Position numbers and translations under genes: made by a program. Source: an uncultured Candidatus Saccharibacteria bacterium (lineage in GTDB: Bacteria > Patescibacteriota > Saccharimonadia > Saccharimonadales > UBA4665). From it: 64,000 nt of DNA. Location of the stretch: positions 6,572-70,571 of the forward strand of contig CALBGR010000021.1 in assembly GCA_937892705.1 (NCBI GenBank), in the 5' to 3' direction. Positions 43,378 through 54,026 of this stretch are shown one piece after another. Every line of letters starts with the position of its first letter. Position 1 is the stretch's first letter. The notes under the pieces are model-generated. The model saw only the letters and a list, made by a program, of their open reading frames with translations, searched no databases and was not told the origin of the DNA.

Positions 43378-44592
43378 ATGCCAAATTTTCTTTACACAGC
43401 CCGTACCGCCTCAAATACCACACAAACTGGCACAGTAACTGCACAGAATAAAGCTGCTGCCATAGAAAGCCTTAAAGCCAAAGGCTTGCATCCTCTCGTC
43501 GTGAAGCCAGCAGAAAAAAGCAGCCTGCAAATGGAAATCAAGCTGCCCAGCAGCAAAAAAGTCAAACCCAAAGACATTGTGGTATTTACTCGGCAATTCG
43601 CCACGATGATTAGCGCCGGGGTGCCAATTCTAAAGGCTCTGAGCACACTCAAAGATCAGGCCGAATCAGTTTCCTTAAAAGCTGCCCTAGAACAAGTAAC
43701 TCTTGATGTGCAAGGCGGCACGTCACTCTCAGACGCTTTAGCCAAGCATCCGAAGGTTTTCTCAGACATCTATATAAACATGGTGCGTGCAGGCGAAGAA
43801 GGCGGTATATTAGACCAAATATTAAACCGTCTAGCTACCCAAGTTGAAAAAGATAGTGCTATTAAAAGCAAATTTAAAGGCGCGATGATTTATCCAAGCG
43901 TCGTATCAGCAGTAGCTGTTATTGCAGTTATATTTTTGATGGTTGGAGTAATCCCAAAACTTACAGCCATTTTACAGGAAAGCGGTGGCGAACTACCACC
44001 ACAAACCAAACTCATCATCTTTATTAGTGACACACTTATGACCAAATGGCCAATCATACTTGGTGTCATTGGCGGTGGACTATTTATGTTAAGGCGCTGG
44101 GCCAAAACAACTGTCGGCCGCCGCAAACTTCATATGTTCTTCTTGAAAATGCCAATTTTCGGCAAAATCACTATGAAAGTAAATATTGCACGCTTTGCAC
44201 GCACCTTCAGCTCCCTGCTCGGTGCCGGTGTCTCTGTTAACGAATCGCTCGAAACTACTGCTGGAGCACTCTCAAACGTCATAATACGTGATGCATTACT
44301 TGACGCTAGCAAAATGATTCGCAACGGCCGCACTGTGTCCGAAAGTTTAGCTGCTAGCGGTATTTTGCCAGAAATTATTATCCAGATGGCTGCAGTAGGT
44401 GAAGAAACTGGCCAGCTTGACACCGTGCTAAACAAAGTGGCTGAATTTTACGAACAAGAAGTTGACACCGTAATCAACAGCTTATCATCCATTATCGAGC
44501 CAATTCTTATCGTTGGTCTTGGTGCAGTCGTTGGTTTTATCGTGGCAAGTGTTCTTGGTCCTATCACTGCCCTCCAAGGCTCAATTCAATAG
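43378..44592 (+). CDS. pilC: type IV pilus platform protein (GspF/PilC family)
   Basis: Two GspF repeats (FTRQFATMISAGVPI, FARTFSSLLGAGVSV) and three TM segments. Confidence 0.92.
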   Translation: MPNFLYTARTASNTTQTGTVTAQNKAAAIESLKAKGLHPLVVKPAEKSSLQMEIKLPSSKKVKPKDIVVFTRQFATMISAGVPILKALSTLKDQAESVSLKAALEQVTLDVQGGTSLSDALAKHPKVFSDIYINMVRAGEEGGILDQILNRLATQVEKDSAIKSKFKGAMIYPSVVSAVAVIAVIFLMVGVIPKLTAILQESGGELPPQTKLIIFISDTLMTKWPIILGVIGGGLFMLRRWAKTTVGRRKLHMFFLKMPIFGKITMKVNIARFARTFSSLLGAGVSVNESLETTAGALSNVIIRDALLDASKMIRNGRTVSESLAASGILPEIIIQMAAVGEETGQLDTVLNKVAEFYEQEVDTVINSLSSIIEPILIVGLGAVVGFIVASVLGPITALQGSIQ

Positions 44593-44724
44593 CTTAAAAC
44601 GTTAGAGTTTTCCACTGATACAACAGATTAGAACGCGGATAGATATTGACAATTAACCATTAGCGATATAGATTGAAGAAGTAACTATTAAAATTTAAGT
44701 TCGCCATTAGGGGGGCACCATATA

Positions 44725-45156
44725 ATGCGAAAAACAAATCAAAAAGGTTTCACGATCATTGAGCTTTTGGTCGTAATCGTAATCATTGGTATTTTGGTAG
44801 CATTAGCATTGCCACAGCTGTTTGCTGCACAGGCACGCGGTCGTGATGCTGATCGTAAGAACGACCTAAAGAACCTTCAGCAAAAGCTAGAGACATACTT
44901 TAACGACAATGATAAGTATCCTACAAGCATTTCAGCATCAGGTTTTGCTGATGCAAACATCACAGCTGATGACATGAAGGGGCCAAGGGATACTACTTAT
45001 ACCTACACCTGTACCTCAACCCCGAACGATCCTTGTCAATCATATGAGCTGAGTGCAACACTTGAAAACAAGAAGGACAAGGACGCTAACAATGGTGTAT
45101 ACACACTTCGAAGCGTAAATCAGCCTGAAAGCTCAAATAATCAGCAAGAAGACTAA
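44725..45156 (+). CDS. type IV major pilin
   Basis: Prepilin signal KG|FTIIELLVVIVIIGIL. A strong terminator lies immediately downstream. Confidence 0.9.
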   Translation: MRKTNQKGFTIIELLVVIVIIGILVALALPQLFAAQARGRDADRKNDLKNLQQKLETYFNDNDKYPTSISASGFADANITADDMKGPRDTTYTYTCTSTPNDPCQSYELSATLENKKDKDANNGVYTLRSVNQPESSNNQQED

Positions 45157-45178
45157 CTAAAAAAGTCTTGTTACCCAA

Positions 45179-45205
45179 AACCGGCTGCACGTACAGCCGG
45201 TTTTT
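45179..45205 (+). terminator. intrinsic terminator/attenuator after the major pilin gene
   Basis: AACCGGCTG-CACGTA-CAGCCGGTT followed by TTTTT. Confidence 0.8.
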
Positions 45206-45227
45206 GTATGGTAGAATAAACATAAGC

Positions 45228-45620
45228 ATGAAAATAAGTCAGGGTGGTTTTACTATTGTGGAGCTTATAGTCACTACGGTGGTCACTGGATTAATTGTTG
45301 TGGCTGTAATGAGCTTATTTATCATCATAGAACGCACCCAATACAGTACTCAATTACTTGAGACTGCTACCCGCGCAGGCGAACAGCAAATAGAATCATT
45401 ACGGAATAATAACTATAGTTCGTTAACTCCAGGAGAAAATATTAATTTTACCAACAACCTGCCAGCTGACTTACCAAGTCCACGCAGTGGTATTGTTGCA
45501 GTGAGTGAACCTGTCCCTGGTATTCGACGCGTAGACGTAACCATAACATACCGAGACGGCAGCAAACAAAAAGAAGTAAAGCTCAGCTCACTCATTGGAC
45601 AGATAGGAATTGGTCAATGA
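45228..45620 (+). CDS. minor pilin (prepilin-type N-terminal methylation domain)
   Basis: MKISQGG|FTIVELIVTTVVTGLIVV. Start set at ATG 45228 rather than track 45168. Confidence 0.8.
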   Translation: MKISQGGFTIVELIVTTVVTGLIVVAVMSLFIIIERTQYSTQLLETATRAGEQQIESLRNNNYSSLTPGENINFTNNLPADLPSPRSGIVAVSEPVPGIRRVDVTITYRDGSKQKEVKLSSLIGQIGIGQ

Positions 45621-46282
45621 AAAATGTTCAAAAATTCCAAACTGGCTTTACGCTCGTAGAACTCACTGCAGCAACAGTTATCACCGGCATCCTGATATTA
45701 ATCGTCATGGGATTTACGGTCAATTCTTTCGTGCAGATCAGCATTGATAGTGCACGAAGCGATCTACTCCGCGAAGCACAAATCAGCTTAGACACCATAA
45801 CGCAGGACATTAGACTGAGTAGTAATGCATATGAAAACAACAGCATCTCAGATCCAAATGCACCAGGCGGCACAAACGAATGGACAGCCAGCAACAATGT
45901 CCTCATATTAGCCACAGCAGCACAAGACCGAGACCGTAATATTATTTTTGCTGATCCCCTACATTACACAAGCGAGAAAAACAATAAAATTTACTTTGTT
46001 CAAAATAGCACATTGTATCAACGCACATTAGCCGCCGACGTGCCAAACAATGCCGCCTCTACCACATGCCCAGAAACAAAAGCCAATAGCAGTTGCCCTC
46101 TGGACAGCAAATTAGCCAAAGACGTACAAACTTTCTCTATAAAGTATTTTGATGGCAATAACCAAGAAGTACCTCCTAATCAAGCACGCTCAGTTGAAGT
46201 TGCTCTTGTATTACAAACCGCTAAATATGGAAAGCAAATAACTGCAGAGTATAAGACAAGGACGGTATTCCGCAATGAATAA
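45617..46282 (+). CDS. minor pilin (PilW-like)
   Basis: QTG|FTLVELTAATVITGILI. Confidence 0.8.
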   Translation: MKNVQKFQTGFTLVELTAATVITGILILIVMGFTVNSFVQISIDSARSDLLREAQISLDTITQDIRLSSNAYENNSISDPNAPGGTNEWTASNNVLILATAAQDRDRNIIFADPLHYTSEKNNKIYFVQNSTLYQRTLAADVPNNAASTTCPETKANSSCPLDSKLAKDVQTFSIKYFDGNNQEVPPNQARSVEVALVLQTAKYGKQITAEYKTRTVFRNE

Positions 46283-47735
46283 GCTAGCTAAAATACTTCT
46301 TTGTAAACCTTCTGATCAGCGAGGCGTGATGCTTATCACAATTATCACCGTTGGCATAATTGTGACCTTTGTAGGATTATCGCTTGCTGATCTCACCATT
46401 AATCAATACCACCGCACGTATGAAAATATATACCGCGCAAATGCTACACTTGTCGCTGAAGCAGGCATCGAAAGAACACTCTACGAACTTAATAACAACA
46501 ATGACTTCTCTGGTTATACTACCGAGCAAGAATTTTTCAATGAAAACGGACGCGGTCGAGCAACATATACTACCCGTGTCATTGACGGTCCAAACGGACA
46601 AAAATTTATCGAATCCACTGGAAAAACCTATCGCGGAACCAACAAACTGGTAAGTAGCCGCAGTATACGGGTTAGCCTGGTAGGTACAGCCTCTACGGCA
46701 CCTTCAGTATTTGCCGGTGCTGGCGGACTTATTTTAGGAGGCGCGGCTACTATCAACAATTCCGATATTCACGTAAACGGTTATATACAGATGTCTGGAG
46801 CAGCACGTATTGGCAGCGATTCACATCCCGTAAATGTAAATGTAGCAAACGCTAATTGCCCTACTGGCAACAATCCTGGACCTACTTATCCAAGTGTCTG
46901 TGCCAGCGGCCAACCTATCAAGATACCTGACTGGAGCACCGTCAGTATCATCGGTACTGTTTGCGCCACCGGACAAACACAAGCCAAGTTTCCTGATTCA
47001 CAGTGGAATAACAACCCTCCACAGATCCGCGCAGGAGCAAGTGGTGGCAGTGGATTAGTGCCAGGCTGTGTAGCCCCAATAGCTCCAATGCCTGAATACA
47101 ACCGCACAGAACACATTTCCCGCATGACTACTACTGGCAGCATGGCAAGCAACACCTACAACTGCAACAACTGGATAAGCGGCAGCGAATTTAAACGAAC
47201 CTGGCCAGCGAATCTAACATTAACCGGCAATGTCTCTATCGGCAGTTCTTGTGATCTTACCATAACCGGTGATGTATATATAACTGGCAACTTTTCTGTC
47301 AGCGGAGGCGCAACCATAAGAATTGCTGACAGCCTAGGAACAACTGTACCGACTATAGTAGTGGACGGCACTGTAAGCTTAGGCGGTGGCGGCAAAATCC
47401 TTGCAAACTCTAGTGGCACTACTGTACAGATTATTAGCTTCAAAAGCACAGCACCTTGCAATCCTAACTGTACAAACGTTACTGGCACCGACCTATACAA
47501 CTCCAGCAAACAACAAAACGTTACCGTGGACGGCGGCGGCAGTTACCCTGGCGTAGGTGTATGGGCATACTGGTCGAAAGCAAAAATCTCAGGCAGCGGC
47601 CTTGTCGGTTCAGTCATTGGCCAAACTATCGACATGGAAGGAGCCGGCAACATTACCTTTGGAACATCTCTTTCGTCGGGTACTACCACCTGGACTATAC
47701 GAAGCTACCAGCGCATATTTGAGGAAGTAAATTAG
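46275..47735 (+). CDS. large PilX-like pilus-associated protein (candidate tip protein/adhesin)
   Basis: N-terminal hydrophobic helix without Glu5, then a PilX_N-like YHRTYENIYRANATLVAEAGIE. The C-terminus is Gly/Ser/Thr/Asn-rich and repeat-like (beta-helix-like composition). Confidence 0.7.
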   Translation: MNKLAKILLCKPSDQRGVMLITIITVGIIVTFVGLSLADLTINQYHRTYENIYRANATLVAEAGIERTLYELNNNNDFSGYTTEQEFFNENGRGRATYTTRVIDGPNGQKFIESTGKTYRGTNKLVSSRSIRVSLVGTASTAPSVFAGAGGLILGGAATINNSDIHVNGYIQMSGAARIGSDSHPVNVNVANANCPTGNNPGPTYPSVCASGQPIKIPDWSTVSIIGTVCATGQTQAKFPDSQWNNNPPQIRAGASGGSGLVPGCVAPIAPMPEYNRTEHISRMTTTGSMASNTYNCNNWISGSEFKRTWPANLTLTGNVSIGSSCDLTITGDVYITGNFSVSGGATIRIADSLGTTVPTIVVDGTVSLGGGGKILANSSGTTVQIISFKSTAPCNPNCTNVTGTDLYNSSKQQNVTVDGGGSYPGVGVWAYWSKAKISGSGLVGSVIGQTIDMEGAGNITFGTSLSSGTTTWTIRSYQRIFEEVN

Positions 47736-47751
47736 GATCGACTTTGATATA

Positions 47752-48858
47752 ATGACATACGAAGGAACTTATGCTTTGATGGGCAGCATAAAAACACCGT
47801 TATTTTTTAAAGACAAACCGCTTTTCGGATTTGATATTGGCACAGGCTCAATTAAAGTCATGCAGGTTGGGTCAGAAGCACGTAAAAAACGTCCCGTAGT
47901 TGGATATGGCATGATCCGGTTCGATGGCACTAAAACTATGCGGGATGGTGAAATTATAGACATCAAAACGGTTGCAAAAGTCGCCAAAGAACTCTTCCAG
48001 CATCAACTTATCGGTGATATCACTACCCATCGTGTTGCGCTGTCGGTCCCAACATTTCGAACATATACTCGCGAGTTACAACTACCCAAAATGAGCGACA
48101 AAGAACTCGCCCAGGCAGTGCAGGCAGAAGCAGAACAATATATACCGCGCCCACTTGATGAATTGTACATAGATCACACTATTACAGCACGTACAGAAAA
48201 CGAAATTACTGTGTACATGGTAGCCGTTCCACGCAATATCGTTGATTCCTATATCAACCTTACCCAAGTTCTCGGCCTTGAAGCAGTATTCATTGAACCT
48301 AGTATTATTTCTTCCACAAGATTGCTTGGGCTTGATACTCATAATGAAATACCTGGTGTGCTCGTAGATTTCGGCACCCGCTCTGCAGACGTGTCAATTT
48401 TCGACAACCAGCGAGTTACCGTATCAGGCACAGTACAATCTGGTGGTGATTTATTTACTGAACGCATCAAAGACGCACTAGGGGTTAATCAAGAAGAAGC
48501 AACACTTATTAAAACCAAATACGGCTTAAGCCTGAGTAAAAAACAGGCCGAGATTCGTAAAGCCGTAGAACCGCTTCTCAGCCAAACGATCAAAGAAGTA
48601 AAGCGCATGGTGCGCTACTACGAAGAACGCGGCGACAACACAAACAAAATCGGTCAAATTATAACCATGGGCGGCGGAGCCAATATGCCTGGATTAAATG
48701 ACTATCTCACTGAACACTTGCGCATGCCAGTGCGTATGTTTGATCCATGGCAAGTACTTGATTATGGCAAGCTGCAACCACCTAGTTACGCAGAGCGGTC
48801 AATGTACATGACAGTAGCTGGTTTGGGTCTTGTGTCGTCAAAAGGAGTGATCACATGA
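47752..48858 (+). CDS. pilM: type IV pilus assembly protein PilM
   Basis: Actin-like ATPase fold, FGFDIGTGSIKVMQV, MGGGANMPGL. Confidence 0.88.
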   Translation: MTYEGTYALMGSIKTPLFFKDKPLFGFDIGTGSIKVMQVGSEARKKRPVVGYGMIRFDGTKTMRDGEIIDIKTVAKVAKELFQHQLIGDITTHRVALSVPTFRTYTRELQLPKMSDKELAQAVQAEAEQYIPRPLDELYIDHTITARTENEITVYMVAVPRNIVDSYINLTQVLGLEAVFIEPSIISSTRLLGLDTHNEIPGVLVDFGTRSADVSIFDNQRVTVSGTVQSGGDLFTERIKDALGVNQEEATLIKTKYGLSLSKKQAEIRKAVEPLLSQTIKEVKRMVRYYEERGDNTNKIGQIITMGGGANMPGLNDYLTEHLRMPVRMFDPWQVLDYGKLQPPSYAERSMYMTVAGLGLVSSKGVIT

Positions 48859-49463
48859 TTAATCTGCTTCCACCAGACCTAAAACAATCATTGGCATTTG
48901 CGCATTACAACACAAAGCTCATAAAGATTATTACTGGGCTGGGCATTGGTATTGCTGGCATATGCATCACACTAATCGCAGGACTGGTTTATCTGCAAAT
49001 GGAAATCAATGCTGCGCAAGATTCTGTGGATGATACGAAAGCATTCCTAAAGCAACAACAAGAAGCCGAAACAATCGCCCGGGTAGAAGATATAAGCAGC
49101 AGCCTGAAGCTTGTCGTAAATGTATTGTCTCAGGAGATACTATTTTCAAAACTCTTACGACAAGTCGGAGCAGTCATGCCGCCCGATACCGTGCTACAAG
49201 ATCTCAGGTTGAGTAATGAATTAAATGGCGCCATTGAATTAAAAGCAGGCGCAAAAGATTATAATTCCGCCACCCAAATTCAAGTTAACCTTGAAAAATC
49301 ACCAAATAGTATTTTCGAAAAAGCTGATCTCGAAGATGTCAGCTGTCGCTCAGGTGAAGGTGCTGATAATGCTTACCCTTGCCAGGCAAGCCTTACCGCC
49401 GTATTTAACAAAGACAATGACTTCACTCTGCTCAATCCAAAGAAGCCGGGAGGATCACAATGA
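48855..49463 (+). CDS. pilN: type IV pilus assembly protein PilN-like
   Basis: MINLLPPD N-terminus, single TM, coiled coil. Confidence 0.8.
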   Translation: MINLLPPDLKQSLAFAHYNTKLIKIITGLGIGIAGICITLIAGLVYLQMEINAAQDSVDDTKAFLKQQQEAETIARVEDISSSLKLVVNVLSQEILFSKLLRQVGAVMPPDTVLQDLRLSNELNGAIELKAGAKDYNSATQIQVNLEKSPNSIFEKADLEDVSCRSGEGADNAYPCQASLTAVFNKDNDFTLLNPKKPGGSQ

Positions 49464-50068
49464 CATCTAAGAAGCTGTTCTACATCCTGCTTGGCTTTGT
49501 AGCTATACTCATTGTTATCGCAAGTGCCTTGACTTATCAAGGACTTAGCATGCTCCAGAAAAAAGGCAACAAACTAACTGAACTCAAAACACAACAAGCT
49601 GCACTGCGCATCCGTCAGGCCGACCTTGAAACTGCCAAGCACGACGTCAAAAAATACGAAGAACTAGAAAAAATCAGCAAAGCTATCGTGCCACAAGAAA
49701 AAGACCAGGCACGTACAGTCCGTGAGATCGTGGTCATTGCTCAAGAATCAGGCATACCACTAGAATCCATACAATTCCCATCATCAGAGCTCGGCGCACC
49801 TAAGGGCAAAAACAGTAAATCAAAAATTAATCCATCAACAACACAACTCACTCCTGTACCAGGTGCGAATGGTCTGTACGCCATGGAGATATCTGTTAAA
49901 TCCGATAGCAAAGCACCTGTACGATACAATCAGCTGCTAAACTTCCTTGAACGTCTTGAACAAAATCGACGCACCGCTCATGTGACCAACATCGCCATAG
50001 ATCCGTATAAGGATAATCGTAATTTAATTACTTTCACTATTACATTAAACGTATACATAAAGCCATGA
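49460..50068 (+). CDS. pilO: type IV pilus assembly protein PilO-like
   Basis: Single TM plus coiled coil, overlapping start/stop within the pil operon. Confidence 0.7.
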   Translation: MTSKKLFYILLGFVAILIVIASALTYQGLSMLQKKGNKLTELKTQQAALRIRQADLETAKHDVKKYEELEKISKAIVPQEKDQARTVREIVVIAQESGIPLESIQFPSSELGAPKGKNSKSKINPSTTQLTPVPGANGLYAMEISVKSDSKAPVRYNQLLNFLERLEQNRRTAHVTNIAIDPYKDNRNLITFTITLNVYIKP

Positions 50069-50364
50069 ATATAGACAAAGACACACTTATTAGTAAAATA
50101 AATGCCCTACTTGCGCTCATTCAGCGTCATGCGTTATTTTTAGGTATTGTGGGTTTTAGCCTTGTATACGGCTACATAATCTGGCAAGTATCTTCACTTG
50201 TTGCCGTTGAGCCTAGCGAAAAAGAAATATCCGAACAACTAAAGCGCGCCCCGCGTCCAAAACTTGATAAAGAAGCTGCTCGGATTATAGAAAATCTAGA
50301 ATCAGAAAATATCAACGTTCAGACCGTCTTGAACGAAGCACGCGAAAATCCGTTTAGTGAATAA
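50065..50364 (+). CDS. small single-pass membrane protein, last gene of the pil operon
   Basis: 99 aa, 4-nt overlap with the preceding gene. Confidence 0.6.
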   Translation: MNIDKDTLISKINALLALIQRHALFLGIVGFSLVYGYIIWQVSSLVAVEPSEKEISEQLKRAPRPKLDKEAARIIENLESENINVQTVLNEARENPFSE

Positions 50365-50376
50365 GTTGTGCTTTAA

Positions 50377-51141
50377 CTAATCTTCATCAATAATCGGACG
50401 ACCGTTTTTAAACGCCTCGACAGCATTATTAAGAATTGCTATCTGTCGTTTTGGATCTGCCACATAGCTAAAACGGTACGTAGTCTCATCACCTTCGGTA
50501 GAAAGCCGTATAGAACCGTAATTAAATAAATGCTGGAAGATATTTTCCTGCCGATAACTCGCATCCTCAATATTCGCCAAGCTTACTGTTTGCTCGTGCT
50601 TTGAGAATAAACTGTGTTGAATCTCCTGAATAACACTCTCATTAGTTAGAAAAAACTTGTTCTGAACATACACGTACGCGGCTATAAAACCACCGATTAA
50701 AAAGAGTAAGCACAGTAAAATTGCCAACATGCTGACCGAGGCTACCGATGGCAAATTATCAGGATTTGCAGCAGAGTTACGGAATGAACTATAGAAAGGT
50801 ATTGCACTTAACAAAAACACCACCATAAAACCTACAAAACCAAAAATCGGTACAAGTCCGATTGGATGCCTGCGAACCGCACTAATTACATACTCCCCTT
50901 CACTTAAATTGAGTGATGGGTATTTCTTGCGCGATTCTTCGTGACGTGCGCGTGCTTGCTCACTAATTTTTGGAGGTATAGGGTCAAGCGGACGAGTCAT
51001 GTGCACCACTTGCGGATGAGCATGTACTTGTTGTAGCGTATGAGATGCAGGTGGGTGCAAATACAATGGCCTGCCTTCTGTGTCATATGCTACTGGTTTG
51101 GAATAATCAGGCTCTGCTGTGTGTTGGTTTTTTGGATCCAT
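50377..51141 (-). CDS. membrane protein with bacterial PH (YdbS/YdbT-like) domain
   Basis: LSEGEYVISAVRRHPIGL, then two TM helices, then a PH-like domain. Confidence 0.7.
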   Translation of the reverse strand: MDPKNQHTAEPDYSKPVAYDTEGRPLYLHPPASHTLQQVHAHPQVVHMTRPLDPIPPKISEQARARHEESRKKYPSLNLSEGEYVISAVRRHPIGLVPIFGFVGFMVVFLLSAIPFYSSFRNSAANPDNLPSVASVSMLAILLCLLFLIGGFIAAYVYVQNKFFLTNESVIQEIQHSLFSKHEQTVSLANIEDASYRQENIFQHLFNYGSIRLSTEGDETTYRFSYVADPKRQIAILNNAVEAFKNGRPIIDED

Positions 51142-51148
51142 ACCCCTA

Positions 51149-52195
51149 TTATATCAGGTTGGTCTGCTCAGCATTTTGGGCTGATGGCTGCACTTTACCC
51201 AAGTGAATATACGCTTTATGAGTTACTTTCCGGCCTCGCGGCGTACGCTCAAGCATACCGATCTGCATGAGATATGGCTCAAAAAAATCTTCTATAGTCG
51301 TACGTTCATCGCCAGTAATTGCTGCCAACGTATCCACGCCCACCGGACCACCACCATGATGATCAATAATTGCTTCCAATAACCTACGATCAGCAGCGTC
51401 AAGGCCGATCGCATCTATTTCCAGTAAATCTAGTGCATTGTGAGCTACAGTAGTATCTATAACACCATCGCCATTGATGTCTGCATAGTCCCGCACACGC
51501 TTTAACAATCTGTTAGCAATACGTGGCGTTAATCGCGACCGCGCCGCAATAATATCAGCAGCCTCTGGATAAATTGCCACACCTAAAATATTTGCTGAAC
51601 GGTTTATAATCTTAGCAATTTCCTCAGGTGTGTAAAATTCTAAACGATGCATAATGCCAAATCTATCACGTAGCGGCGCCGCTAATGCTCCCGTTCGTGT
51701 TGTTGCGCCAATAATAGTAAATCTCGGCAAGTCTAAACGGAGACTTTTTGCACTTGGACCCTTTCCAAGCATAATATCCAGCTTGAAATCCTCCATTGCC
51801 GAATACAACACCTCTTCAACACTTCGATGCAACCGATGGATTTCATCAATAAACAAAATGTCGCCATCCTGCAAATTAGTAAGCAGACTTGCCAGATCTG
51901 CCGCTCTTGCAACTGCTGGTCCGCTTGTGATACGTATTTGCGACCCCATCTCATTCGCAATCACACTTGCCATAGTAGTCTTACCCAGTCCTGGCGGCCC
52001 ATACAATAGCACATGATCTATCGGTTCACCTCGTTTTTTTGCAGCTTCTATTGCCAACTTGATATTTTTCTTTAAACGCTCCTGGCCAATATAACTCGCA
52101 AAATCTTTTGGACGCAGCGTATTTTCAAGCTGCTGCTCTTCCTGGCCAGTATCATCATCCGGCACGTGTGTGTTTACTATCCGCTCAATAGCCAT
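51149..52195 (-). CDS. ruvB: Holliday junction helicase RuvB
   Basis: [22 protein letters not shown]. Confidence 0.96.
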   Translation of the reverse strand: MAIERIVNTHVPDDDTGQEEQQLENTLRPKDFASYIGQERLKKNIKLAIEAAKKRGEPIDHVLLYGPPGLGKTTMASVIANEMGSQIRITSGPAVARAADLASLLTNLQDGDILFIDEIHRLHRSVEEVLYSAMEDFKLDIMLGKGPSAKSLRLDLPRFTIIGATTRTGALAAPLRDRFGIMHRLEFYTPEEIAKIINRSANILGVAIYPEAADIIAARSRLTPRIANRLLKRVRDYADINGDGVIDTTVAHNALDLLEIDAIGLDAADRRLLEAIIDHHGGGPVGVDTLAAITGDERTTIEDFFEPYLMQIGMLERTPRGRKVTHKAYIHLGKVQPSAQNAEQTNLI

Positions 52196-52201
52196 ACATC
52201 A

Positions 52202-52780
52202 TCATCCCTTTTTTAGTGCTAGTCTTACTCGCTCTTCTGTAGGTAGACTAGGGTCAATCTTATCCAACGCTATTTGTGCATCAGCCTCAGTAAATCCAAG
52301 TGCCACAAGAGCTTGCAATGCCTCGTCTTGCGGATTAATGCCTGCACGACTCACCACACCCTCAGCTGCTTCACCTACTGGCACACCTACCTTGTCTCGT
52401 AGTTCAACTACTATCTGTTCGGCAGCCCGCTTACCAACACCTTTTGCGCCCTGCAAAAATTTCACATCACCATTTGCAATCGCCATCCGTACTCTATCGC
52501 TTGGACCAATATCCAGCACTGCCAATGCTACCTTTGGTCCAACATTCTTTACGCTCAATAGCTGCTCAAAAAGCGATTTTGTCGCAACATCAATAAATCC
52601 ATACAGGTCATGAGCATCTTCTTTGATATGTTCATGAATATACAACTTTACTTCTTTACCAACCGCCAGTTTTTCTGCATCGGTAGCGGTTACAAATATG
52701 CCGTACCCCACACCGGCACATTCCAGTACGACACTCTGTGTATTCTCGGTAACAATCCCTCTAAGCGTTACAATCATCAC
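52202..52780 (-). CDS. ruvA: Holliday junction DNA-binding protein RuvA
   Basis: OB fold, HhH repeats (LLSVKNVGPKVA, LQGAKGVGKRAA), domain III. Confidence 0.93.
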   Translation of the reverse strand: MMIVTLRGIVTENTQSVVLECAGVGYGIFVTATDAEKLAVGKEVKLYIHEHIKEDAHDLYGFIDVATKSLFEQLLSVKNVGPKVALAVLDIGPSDRVRMAIANGDVKFLQGAKGVGKRAAEQIVVELRDKVGVPVGEAAEGVVSRAGINPQDEALQALVALGFTEADAQIALDKIDPSLPTEERVRLALKKG

Positions 52781-52785
52781 ACCTA

Positions 52786-53256
52786 TTATCTCATACTTTG
52801 TGCATGCATAAGCGCAGCAGCAATGGCATCTGCGCAGTCATCAGGTTTTGGTACTTCTTTTAATCCTAAAGTTATGCGCACCATTTCTTGCATTTGTTTT
52901 TTATCTGCTCGCCCATAGCCTGTCAGTGCTTGTTTAATTTGCAGCGGGGTGTATTCAAAAATCTCCAACCCCGCCTGTCTGCCACACAAAAGCACTACGC
53001 CTCGAGCTTGCGCTACTGTCATTGCAGTTGTGACATTTTGCGCAAAAAACAGTTTTTCGACCGACATCACATTCGGCTTCGTATCAGCAATAATTTCAGT
53101 TAGCTCATCATAAATAGTCTGAAGACGTACTGCATCATCTTCTTTCACGGGTGTACGAATGATACCTGCATCAACAAGCTTCACCTGTCCGTTGAGAGAT
53201 TCAATAACACCAAAACCTAAAATCCCTGTGCCTGGGTCAATTCCGAGAATCCGCAT
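52786..53256 (-). CDS. ruvC: Holliday junction resolvase RuvC
   Basis: MRILGIDPG, EKLFFAQN, DCADAIAAAL. Confidence 0.94.
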   Translation of the reverse strand: MRILGIDPGTGILGFGVIESLNGQVKLVDAGIIRTPVKEDDAVRLQTIYDELTEIIADTKPNVMSVEKLFFAQNVTTAMTVAQARGVVLLCGRQAGLEIFEYTPLQIKQALTGYGRADKKQMQEMVRITLGLKEVPKPDDCADAIAAALMHAQSMR

Positions 53257-54022
53257 ATACTTTTATAAGTTCCTCATGAATTAAACCATTACTCATAATG
53301 GCGCCATTTACCGGCCGATCGTACCGTTGCTCATTGCCATCAAGATCTGTCACCTTTCCGCCAGCTTCTTCAATAATAACTTTTAGTGCTGCCACATCAT
53401 GGACCGTATGATGCGGAAAAATTCGCCCTTCAATCACACCTTCGGCTAAAGTACACCCTGCATGCACCAAGCCTGGCGAGCTATTGACAAACACCCGTTT
53501 TTCAGCCAACTTACGCACCAGTTCAACATTATTAAACACATCTCGCAATCGGCTGCTCGAGGAGCCAATTCGTATATCTTCTTTGCCCCATTTTCGGCGT
53601 GACACCGTTATTGGCTGTCCGTTGCAAAATGCGCCTTTTCCTATAGCAGCATGATACAGCTCATCTGTCCATGGGTTATACGCCACCCCAACCACCGGCC
53701 TACCATCATCCACAAAAGCGAGCGAAAACATTGAAGTAGGCACGTGAATCATAAAAGCTACCGTACCGTCTATTGGATCACAAACCCACAGTTTGGTGCG
53801 TTCCGGCATCCAATTAGCTTCTTCGCCAATGACACCATATTCTGGAAAATGACCTTGGACTTTTTTGATAAGTAGTTCGTTAATTTCTGTATCAGCGATT
53901 GTAACTGGCGTATTGTCAGTTTTAATCGTAACTTTCTGGTCAATACGATAATATTTTTTCATTATCGCGCCAGCTTCCCTTGCTATATCATGAGCAAAGG
54001 CCAATTCTCTTTCGTACACCAT
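53237..54022 (-). CDS. inositol monophosphatase family protein
   Basis: GEE, WVCDPIDGT, and AALKVIIEEAGG motifs. Confidence 0.88.
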   Translation of the reverse strand: MVYERELAFAHDIAREAGAIMKKYYRIDQKVTIKTDNTPVTIADTEINELLIKKVQGHFPEYGVIGEEANWMPERTKLWVCDPIDGTVAFMIHVPTSMFSLAFVDDGRPVVGVAYNPWTDELYHAAIGKGAFCNGQPITVSRRKWGKEDIRIGSSSSRLRDVFNNVELVRKLAEKRVFVNSSPGLVHAGCTLAEGVIEGRIFPHHTVHDVAALKVIIEEAGGKVTDLDGNEQRYDRPVNGAIMSNGLIHEELIKVYADSRN

Positions 54023-54026
54023 ATAA

